Counted from the stretch's first letter, positions 1 through 12,400 are shown. The stretch: DNA of 64,000 bases from Macrostomum lignano (GCA_002269645.1 NIVC01001049.1:248001-312000), one strand, 5' to 3'. A program made the numbers and translations. The notes: generated by a model from the letters alone, not told the origin.

Positions 1-352
1 GTGGTCTAGCGCGACGTTCTGATGTGCTCGAAGACACAGGCTCGATTTCAAGTGCAGTCACAGTATTTCGGGGCTGAATTGGAAATTGGAATCTTGGTTT
101 GCATCTGCTGGTGCAATAAACGACCTTGAGGGCCAACCCCCAAGGCACAGTGAAGTAACATTCATAAAGTTAGGGCCGCTGTACACTCCTGTGTGAATGC
201 ATGCCTATGCGCATGACTGCAAACGTATCCGCGCGCTTGTGTGCCTTCTCAAGGGAGTCGACGGAATGGACAGTAGTGCCTCTCGCCGGTTGTGTGACAA
301 TGTCGCTGAAAGTGCACCAGGGTGCACACAGCCCTCTGCCTCTAACAAAAAA
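1..352 (+). mobile_element. tRNA-derived SINE, copy A (5' edge cut by the window)
   Basis: A-box-like gtggtctagcgc and B-box-like ggctcgatttc at 1-50. The body (ggccaacccccaagg ... gagtcgacggaatggacagtagtgcctctcgccgg ... cagggtgcacacagccc) recurs at 27430-27720 (+) and 41320-41690 (-). A-rich end ctctaacaaaaaag. Confidence 0.75.
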
Positions 353-1084
353 GTAGTTTTCAGAGCAAATCTTATTAAAATGAATTTAAATGAGGCTTGC
401 ACCGCAAAAGTGCCGAACACATCACTGCGTTCTCTTTAAGCAGTCTTTCATAGCACGTTTGTGTATAATTATAATGTTTTGTATATTTTGTATTTTGTAA
501 TATTTTGTATTTTGTGCAAGCCCATCCCACTCCTTGGTTCGGTAGCTCCCCCTCTCTCTGTTAACTTTTTTTAAGCGAGCTGCGCTTCCAGACTTTGCCT
601 AAGCCAGGTTTTGAATTGTTTTGAATTAACCAGGCATGCACGAGCTGGGCGTCTGCAAATTTGCGTCTCTGCTGTGGTGGAACGGCTGTTCGTGTTATCC
701 GAAACGTCAACAGGCTTTTTAACAGAGTCATGCTCAGCTCAGCTCAACTCATTCCTCGTCAACTTTCCTCTACGCTTGTACCGACCTGCCTGTGGTTTGT
801 GTCGCTTGCAACGCTTGGCTGGGATTCTCTCCGTTGCATTGCGTATTTTTCAGGATCTGTTTTAGCCAGCAGTCTTCTTGCTATAAAAAAGCTGCTTTCA
901 ATTCAAAAAGTTCGGCAAGCGGAACTTCCCATTCTGCTCGACACGCGGCTTCTACAGTTTGGAATGGGGAAGTCAACAGATCGGCGTTGGGATCAGAATG
1001 CCTGCTGAGTTAAAAAAAGCAGCTGCAGTTGCGAAACCATATCTGATTCACAACAGGATGACGGTTGAGCTTGATGTCAAAATA

Positions 1085-1523
1085 CTCCTTGCATAGCAGA
1101 GAGACAGCAGAAAGCAGAAAGACAGCAGAGAGACAGCAGAGAGACAGCAGAGAGACAACAGAGAGACAGCAGAGAGACACCAGAGAGACAACAGAGAGAC
1201 AGCAGAGAGAGAGAGAGCAGAGAGACAGCAGAGAGACAGCAGAGAGACAGCAGAGAGACAGCAGAGAGACACCAGAGAGACAGCAGAGAGACAGCAGAGA
1301 GACAGCAGAGAGACAGCAGAGAGACAACAGAGAGACAGCAGAGAGACAACAGAGAGACAGCAGAGAGACAACAGAGAGACAGCAGAGAGACAGCAGAGAG
1401 ACAGCAGAGAGACAGCAGAGAGACAACAAAGAGACAGCACAGAGACAGCACAGAGACAGCAGAGAGACAGCAGAGAGACAGCAGAGAGACAGCAGAGAGA
1501 CAGCAGAGAGACAGCAGAGAGAC
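1085..1523. repeat. Minisatellite, 11-bp unit cagcagagaga (about 40 copies)
   Basis: Direct tandem repeat read from the sequence; it explains the low-complexity ORFs at 1010-1565. Confidence 0.97.
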
Positions 1524-1714
1524 GGTGGATCCGCCTATCGAAGAGCTCAAGCGCAGACGTGGTAGACAGCCAATGAGAAATTGCTAAGCGATAAATATAA
1601 ACTGCTCACTGTCTCCATGCAACGGAAGATGAACAGCGGAAGAGCAAATTTCCACTGCCTCGCCTACATGAGCGGCAGCCTGAGATTTCTGAGGAATTTC
1701 TACGAGCTCTGAAA

Positions 1715-3239
1715 ATGTTATTCGGAATCATGTCACTTCTCTGCTGCACCGCCCACGGTAAGTGCAACGCCGAATGTCAATTCTAAGCCCTGAATAGTCG
1801 CAGTTTCAACTCGCATTTCGAATCGATGGCTTGACTGACTCACTTCATGATTTGAGAGACTAAAGCTCAATACTTTCGACTTAAACTGAAATTTCACAGG
1901 CTTGCAGCCAGAAATTTCCAGCCGCTTCTTCGCCTTGGACACCGGACCCGTCCTGATCGGCAACGCCTCCAGCAGCGAACTCGTCAACCTGACCGGCGTC
2001 AAGTCGCGGCTGCTGTGTCTGGCAGCGTGCCAGCGGAACGGCTGCCTGCTGGCTTCGCTCATCCCCAGCTCGCGCGTCTGCCAGCTGCTGCTGCTGAACG
2101 ACGCGTCTCAGGCGCCGGGACCGGCCGGGACTCACGTGCAGAGACTCGTGGGCTCCGAGCCCGGCGCCAGGCTGTGGACGGCCGAGAACTTCACGGAGCT
2201 GATGAGGAAGAGGATGCTGAATGTCACCATTGAGCTGAGAAGTAAGTCACTCCACCTCATGGCTGGATGTCACTGCGATCTGAGCACTCTGGCTGTGCTT
2301 TGATAGTCCAAATGGCGCCCTCTCTCACTGCAGACAGCGGCACGGGCAGGGCCGGCTCCATCCAGTCCGTGACGATCCCCTCGACCGGCTGCTACCGGAT
2401 CGAAGTGTCGGGCGCTAGAGGCGGCACCAACTCCTTCTCAGGCAAGGCTGGCGGCAGCGGCGCCTTCGTGTCCGGCGCCTTCAACCTGACGGCCGGCACC
2501 CAGCTGAGCGTCGTGGCCGGACAGGCCGGCGGTCCGCCCAGCTCGAACTACAAGGGAGGCGGTGGAGGCGGCGGCAGCTTCGTGTACAGAACGGCAGACG
2601 AGCTGCTGCTGGCTGCAGCCGGAGGCGGCGGTGCCGGGACCTACAGCTCAGCTGGTGAGTCATTCTAGCAACTCAAAGAGTGATAGCATCATCATTGCCG
2701 CTTGAGTAGTGCAGAGCAAATTTTGATTTGTTTCAGGCCTGCCGGGCGAAGCCGGCCCGAATGGAACAGATGACACAGCGCCAAGCACGAGCCCCAAGAG
2801 CTACGGAGGCAGCAACGGACAGCCGGGCTTCAACAACCCGAGCGCCATGCCCCCCAGCCACAACCACGGCGGCTGCGGCGCCGGCTGGCTGGGGAAGCCG
2901 GTGAACGCCAGGCGGGGGCCGAGCGATGGCGACGGAGGAGGCAGTCGGGCTGAAGGCTGGGTCGGCGGCGACGCCGGCGGCTCCAACACCGGTGACGGCG
3001 GGTTCGGCGGCGGCGGAGGCGGCGGCACGACGAACCCCAACTGGGGCGCTGCCGGGGCCGGCGGCGGCTTCAGCGGAGGCGGGGCCGGGTTCTACACCAG
3101 CCGGTCTGGTGGCGGCGGCGGCTCCTTCTGCTCCGGCAGCGGCTGCAGCGGCACCACGGGCGGCAACGCCGATCAGCACGGCCTGGTGTTCATCCGGCTG
3201 GTCCTGCCGCTAGGCGACTTCTGCGAGCATCTGACGTGA
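1715..3239 (+). CDS. Putative secreted protein: short signal peptide + PAN/apple-like domain + ALK/LTK-type glycine-rich domain (4 exons, about 402 aa)
   Basis: Exons 1715-1757, 1900-2241, 2334-2654 and 2737-3239, all GT-AG and phase 1, total 1209 nt in frame. N-terminus MLFGIMSLLCCTAHG; SRLLCLAACQRNGCLLASLIPSSRVCQL (PAN-like cysteines); IQSVTIPSTGCYRIEVSGARGG...GGSGAFVSGAFNLTAGTQLSVVAGQAGG...GGGGGGSFVY...LLAAAGGGGAG matches the ALK/LTK Gly-rich pattern. No TM helix or kinase before the stop. Confidence 0.8.
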
Positions 3240-3707
3240 GGTGAGAAGGAAGCGTCGCATCCTGCCCAAGCTGCATTATCGGGCCGTCTCTACGCCCCTG
3301 ACGAAGTTAATAAGAGCAGTTTAAAAGCTGTTTTAATCGAACCTTGGATTGCCGATTGCCGAAATAGTGCTTTTTTCAAGCGGCTTTTTGAAGAAATAAA
3401 ATCTTCAGTGCTAATTAGATTTGAGAAGCTCGGTTTTGGTTTTCTTATTTTCTGCCTTTTCTCAAGGTCTTCTCACTTCATTTTTCAGTTCTCGTTACTT
3501 TCTCCTCTACTGAGCGACTTGCTTCCAGCTTTCAGAATTCAGGGCTGGGTGGCCGAGCGACTCCTGCTCCAAGGATCAAGGATTCGGCCGCGCATTCATT
3601 CATGTACTTTCGATTTAGATAGCCTGTTGTAAATCTCTATGCAGACAAAGAGGTGTCCCGGTTTATTTTTGGAGTCCCAATGGGAGTCCCAAAGCCCCTG
3701 AATTGTA

Positions 3708-3935
3708 AGAGGCAGAGTGAAGGCAGAGTGAAGGCAGAGTGAAGGCAGAGTGAAGGCAGAGTGAAGACAGAGGGAAGGCAGAGTGAAGGCAGAGTGAAGG
3801 CAGAGTGAAGGCAGAGTGAAGGCAGAGTGAAGGCAGAGTGAAGGCAGAGTGAAGGCAGAGTGAAGACAGAGGGAAGGCAGAGGGAGGGCAGAGGGAAGGC
3901 AGAGGGAAGGCAGAGTGAAGGCAGGGTGAAGGAGG
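3708..3935. repeat. Minisatellite, 11-bp unit ggcagagtgaa (about 20 copies)
   Basis: Direct tandem repeat in the sequence. Confidence 0.95.
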
Positions 3936-4375
3936 TGTGGAGGCGGAGGGAAGGCGGATTCGCCTATCGGCAAGGTTGCACCTAAATTTATCAATATTAA
4001 AATATTAGCTCTTACATCAGAGCATTGATAAGGGGCCTAGGGGACTGTGACAAAAATAATGGCGCCCCCTAACAGTAATTTCAGCGCCCCTTCACAGCAG
4101 GCCCCTGATGTGCATGCGATTACCAGAAGGGCTTTTTTTCAAAAACAGATATTTGATATACGACAATATCAAGTAATTATCCAGCATTACGAAACAAAAC
4201 TAGAAAGATTCCGTTAACTGGAAGCTGTTTATTTTGCCAGAGCGTCATTTCGCCGTCAAGAGCGGAGCGGTTTGTACAGAGTACACGAGTAAACCATATA
4301 AATATACTAATAGATCATACGGTAGTCAGTTTATAAGCAAAAGGTCAAGGCCAATCCTAAAAAGATGAGGGGTAA

Positions 4376-4534
4376 TGTTGCATTCTTGTAAATAAGTAAG
4401 AATGAGATGATTGTCCAAAGGCTCCTAACTGAGCCGCAACAAAGACAAAAACAAGTATCGCCCTCTGGCGCGCACCAGGTCTATTTATAGACTTATCAAA
4501 AATGGGGTGGCCCAAAGAAAAGTCCACCGTCACA
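4376..4534 (-). repeat. 3' LTR of the Gmr1-type element
   Basis: Matches 12242-12400 with one substitution (ggcccaaag vs ggcacaaag). Confidence 0.95.
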
Positions 4535-4669
4535 CCCTCCACCAAAAGATCGAAGCCGGAAAAATCGCAAGCCAAAAATCAATCGCAGGGTCACGCAAAG
4601 TTCGGATATTTCTTACAAAACAAACTTGGCCACTAATGACTTGAATAAAAGTTAAATCGCTCAGTCAGT

Positions 4670-4755
4670 CTCTAAATCACTTGGTCAGTCACTAAATCAC
4701 TTGGTCGGTCACTAAATCACTTGGTCGGTCACTAAATCACTTGGTCGGTCACTAG
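4670..4755. repeat. 20-bp tandem repeat cactaaatcacttggtcggt (about 4 copies) at the pol 3' end
   Basis: Direct repeat overlapping the RNase H stop codon. Confidence 0.85.
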
Positions 4756-6802
4756 CCCAGATCCTGCTGAGACCATCGGCCACCGTGTTGCTTTCACCTG
4801 GCTGGTACTGGATCTCGTAGTCATAGCCAGACAGATAGAAGGCCCACCGCTGGAGTCGTGGGTTGGCGTGGTCCATCTGCAGGTACTGCAGCGGCTTATG
4901 GTCGGACTTGATGACGAACCGGCGGCCTAGCAGGTAGTGCCGCAGCTTCTCGACCGCCCAGCGCATGGTGAGGCACTCCTTCTCGATCGTCGCGTAGCTC
5001 CGCTCCGCCGAAGTCAGCCACCGAGATACGAATAGCACGGGATGGATGCCGTCCTCGAACTCTTGCGTTAGCACCGCGCCGATCCCAGTCTCCGAGCTGT
5101 CAGTCTCCAAGGTGAACTGCCGACTGTAGTCCGGCGCGCGCAGCACCGGCTCGCTCGCCAGCAGAGATTTCACAGTCTCGAAGGCTCGCGTCTGCTGCTC
5201 TCCCCAGGCCGCCGTCAGGTCATCGGGTGCCGACTTCTTCGTGAGGTCCGTCAGGGCCGCCACCTTTTCTGAGTAATCGGGCACGAACCGACGGTAGTGG
5301 TTGAGCACTCCGAGCACAGATGGCAGCTGAGCCTTGGTCCGGGGCTGAGCCAGCGCCGTGATTGTCCGCACTCGGTCCTCGCTTGTACCGATCTCGCCTC
5401 CGCCGAGCTTGAAACCCAGGTAGTCAGCAGAGTTGCCGCCCGGCGCCCAGGTAGCACTTTCGGGGCTGCACCGTTAGACCGGCAGCCTTAAGGCGACCGA
5501 ATACTTCCCTCAGGTCCTTGACGTTCTGCTCGAAAGTCGCGCTAAACACGGCGATGTCATCGATGTAGGAGTCCGCGTTGTCCAGCCCTTGGAACAGCTT
5601 GTCCATGAGCCTCTGGTACGTCGCGCTGCTGCAGTTTAAGCCCATGGGCATCACAGTAAATTGATACAGCTTGCCGCAGGCCGCGAAAGCCGTCAATCGC
5701 TTTGAATCCTCGTACAGTGGAATTTGCCAGTAGCCCTTGCAGCAGTCTAGCTTAGATATAAACTTGGCCTTGGCAACCCGCTCCAGTAGGTCCTCGATGT
5801 TCTTCATCGGATAGGAGTCGAAGGCCACCAGCTCATTCAGCGCCTTGAAGTTGACAGTGAAACGGACTGAGCCGTCCTTCTTGGTCACCAGACAAACCGG
5901 GGAGCAGTAGTCACTGTCAGATGGTTCGATCACCCGAGGTCCAGCATGCGTTGAATCTCCTCTTGGAGCACCTGCCGATGCGCCTGCGGCTCCCGTCGCG
6001 GCCGGATGCGCACTACGCGGTCAGATGTCGTCCGGATACGGTGCTCCACTAGGTCAGTCCTGCCCGGGATCTCGCTGAAGACACCCGCGAAGTCCTGCAC
6101 CAGCTGCAGAAGACGATCTCTCTCGGCCGGTGTCAGATGTTCGGACAACTCAGGAGCACTCGTAGCTGCCGCTGGAAGCTGCATCAAAACCGTCTCTCGT
6201 GAATTGTACTTCTTAAGCAGGTTGACATTAAACGTGTTTGTCGCAGGGCCCATCCGGATCCGGTAGTTCACATCGCTGCACCTCTCCAGTACTTCATAGG
6301 GACCGCGCCATTCAGCGTGAAGCTTCTTGGATGACGATGGCAGCAGCAGCAGTACCTGATCTCCGGGCTGCAACTCTCGTTCCCGCGACTGCCGGTCGTA
6401 CCAGAGTTTCTGACGCTTCCGTGCTAGCTCTTCGTTGTTCCATGCTGCTTCCTGGCCAGCCCGCAGTCGGTCTCTCTGGGCCAGCACGAACGAGATGATG
6501 TCCTTCTTCTCTTCAGAGAGCTGCTCATCCCAGGTCTGCCGCAGTAGATCTAGCGGTCCCCGCACAGTGCGTCCGTACAGCAGTTCGAATGGGGAGAAGC
6601 CAGTTGTTTCGTTGGGCACCTCCCGAATGGCGAACAGCAGATACGGTAGGTACTGGTCCCACTTCTTTTTCTCGCGAGCTGGTAGTCTCCTCAACAGCAA
6701 CAAAAGTAGTCTCTTGAGAGTGCCGTGGAACCTCTCCACCAACGCCTGGCTTTGCGGATGGTACGGCGTCGACTGGATGCCCTCAACCCCGGTACACCGG
6801 TA
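4712..6802 (-). pseudogene. Gmr1 pol 3' part: integrase C-terminal half, RT and RNase H, frameshifted
   Basis: QSTPYHPQSQALVERFHGTL (IN); SPVCLVTKKDGSVRFTVNFKALN and SYIDD (RT); TDSSETGIGAVL, ERSYATIEKECL and SDHKPL (RH). Frame breaks near 5933 and 5430. Confidence 0.9.
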
Positions 6803-7086
6803 CAGGGGCCTGTGCTATAAAACAAGGAGTCAGGAGCTAGGAGTAAGGAGTGAGGAGTGTCCTAAGTCAAGGAGTAATCGTGAATTGCGTTCAATAAACA
6901 CAAGGAGCAAAGAGTTCATTTAGGAGTTGCGTTAGGAGTGCAAGCTAGGAGTGGAGTCCAAGGAGAATGGAATGTTACGTAATTTTTCTGGGAGTGCTAG
7001 GTGTGAGCGTGCTATACAACACTCCTAAAAATGCACACCTTAAGGAGTTCTCCGAAGGAGTAGCTCTTCAGTGTAGCTAGCCATCA

Positions 7087-8033
7087 ATGCAGCCATCACA
7101 GAAAGTTTTATTTGTTAGGGAAGTCTTCACGCGCAAAGACGTCTTGTTTGGTTCGTTTTCAAGCTTATTAACGAAACAAGTGAAAATTGAGGCATGGAAG
7201 GCTGCGATTGAAGCATGCCGACAGCAACACGGCTTTGATCCGACGCCTCCGAAGAAGGACTGGAAGTATGTCCGAGACAAGGTGTGGGGAAATCTGAAGG
7301 GCAATGTCTTGGTGAGTCTGTTAGTACACAATGCTTATTGTTGACGAATATAAATTGTTATGAAAATTAGTTACGCACTATCTAAAGCCATAACTGTAGA
7401 TTTAATTAAATAACTTAGAAGCGCAGACTATGGAGGAAATAATGGCGTGGCTCTCCATGCCTCATACCTACTCGTCACGGTGGTTCAGAATAATTAAATA
7501 CTAATACTGTTTTTCATTTCTAGGCAAAAAGGGACAAATTCCAACAAACTGGCGCCGAGGGTACATCAGCAGCCAAGTGGACGGAGTTGGAAGCCGTTGT
7601 ACTAGACACTATTGGCCGCGATTCGCCAACCGTTGAAGGTCTGGATGTGCCGGAGAGTGTCGAGGAACAGACTAGGCAGAAGCAACAGCTCAGCGGTAAG
7701 GCCGTCTCAACGGAAATGACTGCTAATGCGTCGCAAAGTGAAATTTCCGAGCGACCAACTGCGAAGACAGTTACGAGTACATCTCGGATTGGTTGTAAGC
7801 GACAGCAGACTTCCCGAGATGACTACGACGAGGAGTTTCGCCAGCTAAAAGTTACAAGACTGCGCTTGGACATTCGTGAAGCGGAGCTGCGCTGCCAGAA
7901 CTTGGAGCTGAAGAACGAAAAACTGAGAAGAAAATTGCAATCTGCAGTGCAATTGCCGACTCCCAACGATGACCCCGAACAGCTAGCAGCCAGTTTGTTT
8001 GCATATGACAGTTGGAACATGCAATCGAAGTAG
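7087..8033 (+). CDS. Harbinger Myb/SANT-like DNA-binding accessory protein (2 exons: 7087-7311, 7524-8033)
   Basis: KDVLFG...KIEAWKAAIEAC...KVWGNLK joined in phase 0 to AKRDKFQQTGAEG...ELEAVVLDTIG; C-terminal coiled coil. The start codon is uncertain. Confidence 0.78.
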
Positions 8034-8476
8034 TAGACTTTTTAGTCTACTATGAAATGAAACAGAATGAAAATCTAAACAGGCATTGCTGAGAACAGTT
8101 TGATATGTACTGTGTGTGTCGAGGGATACAAGCGCATCTCATCCTACAAACGCATGTTTAACATTTACGTTTAGCTGGTGTTCCTTGCATACTTTTTTCT
8201 CTTTACCGAGTAAATACATGGTATTGTTCAATGAAAAGCAGTCAACCGAGTGATTGACGCGCATTTATGGAATCAATTATAGCCTTATCCTGTGAGTTAG
8301 CCTGCCCATCGGCCAAGCAGTCAATGAAGATGGAATAGGTTTGTTGGTGCTCAAAAATATATTTCATGGATGAATAAATTCGAATATGCTTCTGTAGAAA
8401 GGCTTTGTTGCGCTTTGTTGCATGCTTGTCTAATGTCAAACGAACTAAGTTTGTCTAATTTAGAGGAATTTAGTTT

Positions 8477-9689
8477 TCATCGTTGAAGTTTGAAGTACGC
8501 TCGTATAAGAAAATTTTCTACATCTAAAACAGCAAACAAAGGAAAGTTGAAAAGTTGCACGATTTGGTTTCGTCGGTTATTGTTGTCAACCACAATGCCA
8601 TCCTGGTCGTCGTCCATTGTGTCCAGCAGTTGTGCAGGAGCTTCTAGTTCGAGGTACGGCTGCCTATTTTGAAGCGCCAGGTTGTGCAGCACGACACAGC
8701 ACCGAAAAATATTTGCAGCGAAAATTGGTCGAACCTGCAGTGGACGCAGTAGACAACGCAATCGCTGCTTAAGAATGCCGATGGTGCATTCTACGATGCT
8801 TCTTGTGGCCTTGTGGGCCTCATTGAAACGGCGCTCCTGATCACTCTGTGGATTCAACAGCGGTGTAATGAGGTAGTCGTCGTTCCAGTAGCCGGAGTCT
8901 GCCAAAAGAAGGCCGCCAGGAACAGGACGCCATCCGCTTCTTAGACGCTGGGCGACGTGCGAATTGCGAAAAACTCTGGCATCGCTTACCGCACCCGGCC
9001 ATCTAGCAGTCGCGAAGTAGATTTTGTAATCAGGGCCACAGACAAGCATGGCGTTGATGGAATGGCGACCATGGCGGTTGACATATTGCTCTTCATTTAT
9101 CGCTGGTCGAAAAATCTCAATGTGCGTTCCGTCCACACAGCCGATCACGCACGGGAAGTTGGCTGTCAAGTTTTTGTTACAGACAACTGAATAGAACGAC
9201 AATAAATCAAGACTCACGTATAGCCGTACAAAATACTACTACGAGCGTACTTTAAAGTATTCCTATTTATAGACATCGTTTTACACTCACCTCTGGCTTG
9301 AAATCCCTCAACAACTGCTTGAAAGTCGGTAGGAAATTGAACGACATCAAAGTATATAGTGTCATTTACCGCCGTGACAAATCGATGAACTGTGTTAAAC
9401 ACAGTACTCTTTGAGACGCCATGAGCATCACCAACTACTTTGTAGTCCGTTCCGGTAGCTAGGAAACGAATTGATAGCCTGACTTGCTGCTCGGGTGTCA
9501 ATGCATGGTTCCGACGAGAAGGATGTTCAATAAGATGCCGAATTCTTTCAGTGAGATGAGAAAGCTGCTGCTCTGTTAGCTAAAGCGAGATTGCGTTTCC
9601 AAATCGCCCTCAAAGAAGTTTATTCGTTCCTTGAAGCGTCTGGGTCGACGAACTTCGCGTTCGAAGTCAGAATCTGAGTCAGAAAGCAT
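8477..9689 (-). pseudogene. Harbinger (HARBI1-like, DDE_Tnp_4) transposase, 2 exons, one early frameshift
   Basis: LSIRFLATG, FPCVIGCVDGTH, LADSGY and RSIVECTIGILKQR give the D-D-E triad. Intron 9290-9163; apparent 1-nt loss near 9580. Confidence 0.88.
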
Positions 9690-10038
9690 TATACTCCTAG
9701 GAACTCTGTGCATCAAATTCGGCCCTTGAACTCTTGACTAGGAGTAAGGAGGGCGGAGCAATTTCTTACTTGTTTATTGAACGTGCACGCCTAGAAATGG
9801 CTCCTAGCTGTTCTAAAAACACTCCTTACTCCTTGCAAAAACTCCTAGGTTTATTGAACACTACATACTTTAATTAGCACTCCTAAGTTCATTTAGGAGA
9901 CTCCTTGGCTGATTAAGAGTCTCCTTACTCCTAGCTAGGACTCCTAGTGTTTATTGAACAGAAAAACTGACTAGGAGCAAGGAGCTAGGATGCTCTTGAA
10001 GAATTAGGAGTCAAGAGTGTTTATAGCACAAGCCCCAG

Positions 10039-12240
10039 GGCCTGCAGCAGTGCTGATGAAAAGTTAGTACCCTTATCGCTCTGGATCTCCCTCGGGAATC
10101 CGGTCCTCACGAAGCAGTCCACCAATGCCTTCGCTACAGACTCAGCATCGATCTTTCGCAGCGGGACTCCTTCGGGGAATCGAGTAGCCGCATCGATAAT
10201 CGACAGGATGTACTGGTTACCACTCGCAGTCCTCGTATACGGTCCACTGATATCGATGATAACTTTGGTGAAGGCCTCCTCCACTCCAGGCACTTGGACT
10301 AGTGGTACCTTGTGATTGCCTGGGACTCGAGCCGTCTTCTGACACTTGTCGCACGTTGCTACGAAGTCCTTCACGTCCTTTGTCATCGTTGGCCACCAGA
10401 ATCGCTGTTCCAGTCGTTGACAAGTCTTCCTTGTTCCCAAGTGGCCAGCGAATGCACTCTCGTGGGCCTGGGACAGCGCCGTAGCACGCAGAGCCTTCGG
10501 AAGCACCAGTTGGTCCTCTCCAGCTGCTTGGTGCCGAAACAGTCGGCCGCGGCTTTCCTTCACCAAGTCGTTGGTTTGTACCGCTGCTTGCAACTCCTTG
10601 TCGTCTTGTAGGGCCGCCTCGTAATCCAATGTTATAGGGCGCATTGCAGTTTCTTGTCTCGTTTTCTTGTACTCTTGCCGTTGTTTACGCGCTTGGGCTC
10701 TAGTTATTCTTGATTTTGTTTTGCCAGCCGGCTCCGGATCGATCTGGTTAAGGCCGCTAGCCACGATGCCCTCCGCGAAGAGCCTCTCGTCCCCCTCTGA
10801 CTGGGGCATTGGGCGGTGCGGCGCACCCACCCCTTCTCTCTCATTGGCTAAGAGGGGTTGGCCGTGAACCCCCTCGCGCGTCTCTCTTCCAAGCACTGTA
10901 CTCGGGGCGTCTCCACCCTCCAACTTGAGCTGGCTAATCAAATCCAGTCCAACCAGCGCGCTTACGGGTAGTGAGTCAGCCACACAAACCTCAGTGGTTC
11001 TATTGTAGCCCTTTAGGTGCAGCTCCACTTTAGCGATTGGAAGACGGTGTAGGTCGCCGCCAAAACAACGCAATAGTGCATGATGTCCTGTCCAATTAAT
11101 GTTTTCAGGCAGACAGCTACGCCGAATCGTAGTTCGATCAGCTCCAGTATCCATCAGGAACCGCAGTTCTTTGCCATCCGCATGTCCGGTGATGAACCTG
11201 CCCGAAGCAGCATCCATAGCTCTTTCCTCTGAGGCCAAGTGGACATTGGCGGGCTTGTTGGTACACTGAAACTTCTTGTGGGGGCCTCCGTAGTTGAAGC
11301 AGCTAATCTTAGGCTTTAGGCTTTGCGGTCTCTGAATCGTCCTTTGTTTGTCCATAGCATTGGACGCCGTCGCCCCCTCAGCGGTCTCTTGGCTCGGGTG
11401 TCCTGGTGTTCCGCCGCCCTTGTCGCTGTTTCTTGCCATTGCGTAGTCATCGGCCAGTTTCGCAGCCTCTTTGATGTCCTTCGGTTTTCTCTCTCGCATC
11501 CACACCTGGAGTCCTTTTGTCAGAGAGTCCGTAAACTGCTCCAGAAGCACTTTCTGCCTGACGATGGAGTCGCCACTTATCAGTTCCTCTCTCTGATCCT
11601 CGTCCAGCCCAGCTGTCATCCATCGGACAAACAGGTCTTTCAGCTTTGTCGCGAACACCTGGAAGGTCTCTTCAGGCGCCTTCCGCAAAGACCGAAATCG
11701 CTGTCGGTAGGTCTCCTCGCCGATGTTGTATCTCGCTAAGATAGTCGCCTTTGCCAAGTCGTAGTCCGCGCTCGCCGCTGTCGTCAGACTGTGGAATGCG
11801 CTCTGCGCGACGCCCGTCAGTAGCGGTGCCAGCCGAATCGTCCACTCTGACTTTTGCCATCCACACGATGCCGCTGCCCTTTCAAAGGTCATCAGGAATG
11901 CCTCGATGTCATCAGAGTCCGTCAGCTTAAACAGCTTGGGCTCCACTGCTTGTGGTCGTGGCTTGGACTCGGCCAGGAGCTTCGTGAACTCCGCTTGCTG
12001 ACGAGCCAGTTGCTCCAGGTAGAATGCTTACTGTCTTTCTTGCGCGCGAGTCATTTCTTGTAGCTGCTGACTCTGGTGCGTCAGGAGCATCTTCATTGTC
12101 TCCATCAGATTCGCGCCCTCCAGCGTAGCTGAATCTTGGATTCCGCTGGCTTCTTCAGCATTGTCTTCGGAGCCTTCTCCGAGCGCCCCGTCTTGGGAAC
12201 ACAGGTTGTACGGGTGCTTCGAGCCCGCACCGCTGCCACC
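10039..12240 (-). pseudogene. Gmr1 gag (SCAN-like), protease and integrase N-terminal half
   Basis: DDIEAFLMTFERAA...RLAPLLTG; degenerate zinc knuckle; MDTGA protease motif; HESAFAGHLG...CDKC; IQSDKGTNF. In-frame TAA at 12028-12030. Confidence 0.88.
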
Positions 12241-12241
12241 A

Positions 12242-12400
12242 TGTTGCATTCTTGTAAATAAGTAAGAATGAGATGATTGTCCAAAGGCTCCTAACTGAGC
12301 CGCAACAAAGACAAAAACAAGTATCGCCCTCTGGCGCGCACCAGGTCTATTTATAGACTTATCAAAAATGGGGTGGCACAAAGAAAAGTCCACCGTCACA
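12242..12400 (-). repeat. 5' LTR of the Gmr1-type element
   Basis: Followed on the minus strand by the PBS TGGTGGCAGCGG. Confidence 0.95.

Larger units (their letters stand above)
6806..10035. mobile_element. PIF/Harbinger DNA transposon inserted in the Gmr1 integrase
   Basis: TIR GGGCYTGTGCTATAAA at both ends; 3-bp TSD CAG at 6803-6805 and 10036-10038. Removing it restores the integrase frame ...LQAL-YRCTGVEGIQSTPYHPQ. Two convergent genes; subterminal GGAG(T/C)AAGGAG repeats. Confidence 0.93.
4376..12400 (-). mobile_element. Full-length Ty3/Gypsy LTR retrotransposon, Gmr1-type (order gag-PR-IN-RT-RH), defective, with nested Harbinger
   Basis: 159-bp LTRs at 4376-4534 and 12242-12400 (TG...CA on minus, one mismatch seen). 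5-bp TSD GGTAA at 4371-4375 and 12401-12405. PBS TGGTGGCAGCGGTG is complementary to a eukaryotic tRNA-Leu 3' end; purine tract at 4535-4545 (minus). Integrase lies upstream of RT. Confidence 0.93.

Noticed and set aside
1010-1565. Long ORFs rich in LSLCC/QQRDSRE
   Set aside because: They are translations of an 11-bp minisatellite in all frames. The same applies to ORFs at 3596-3994, 12948-13652, 21748-22872, 26480-27321 and 53224-53625.
4376-12400. Apparent paradox of near-identical LTRs but several pol/gag lesions
   Set aside because: One mismatch in only 159 bp is compatible with roughly a dozen mutations over ~4.8 kb of internal sequence; sequencing errors are also possible.
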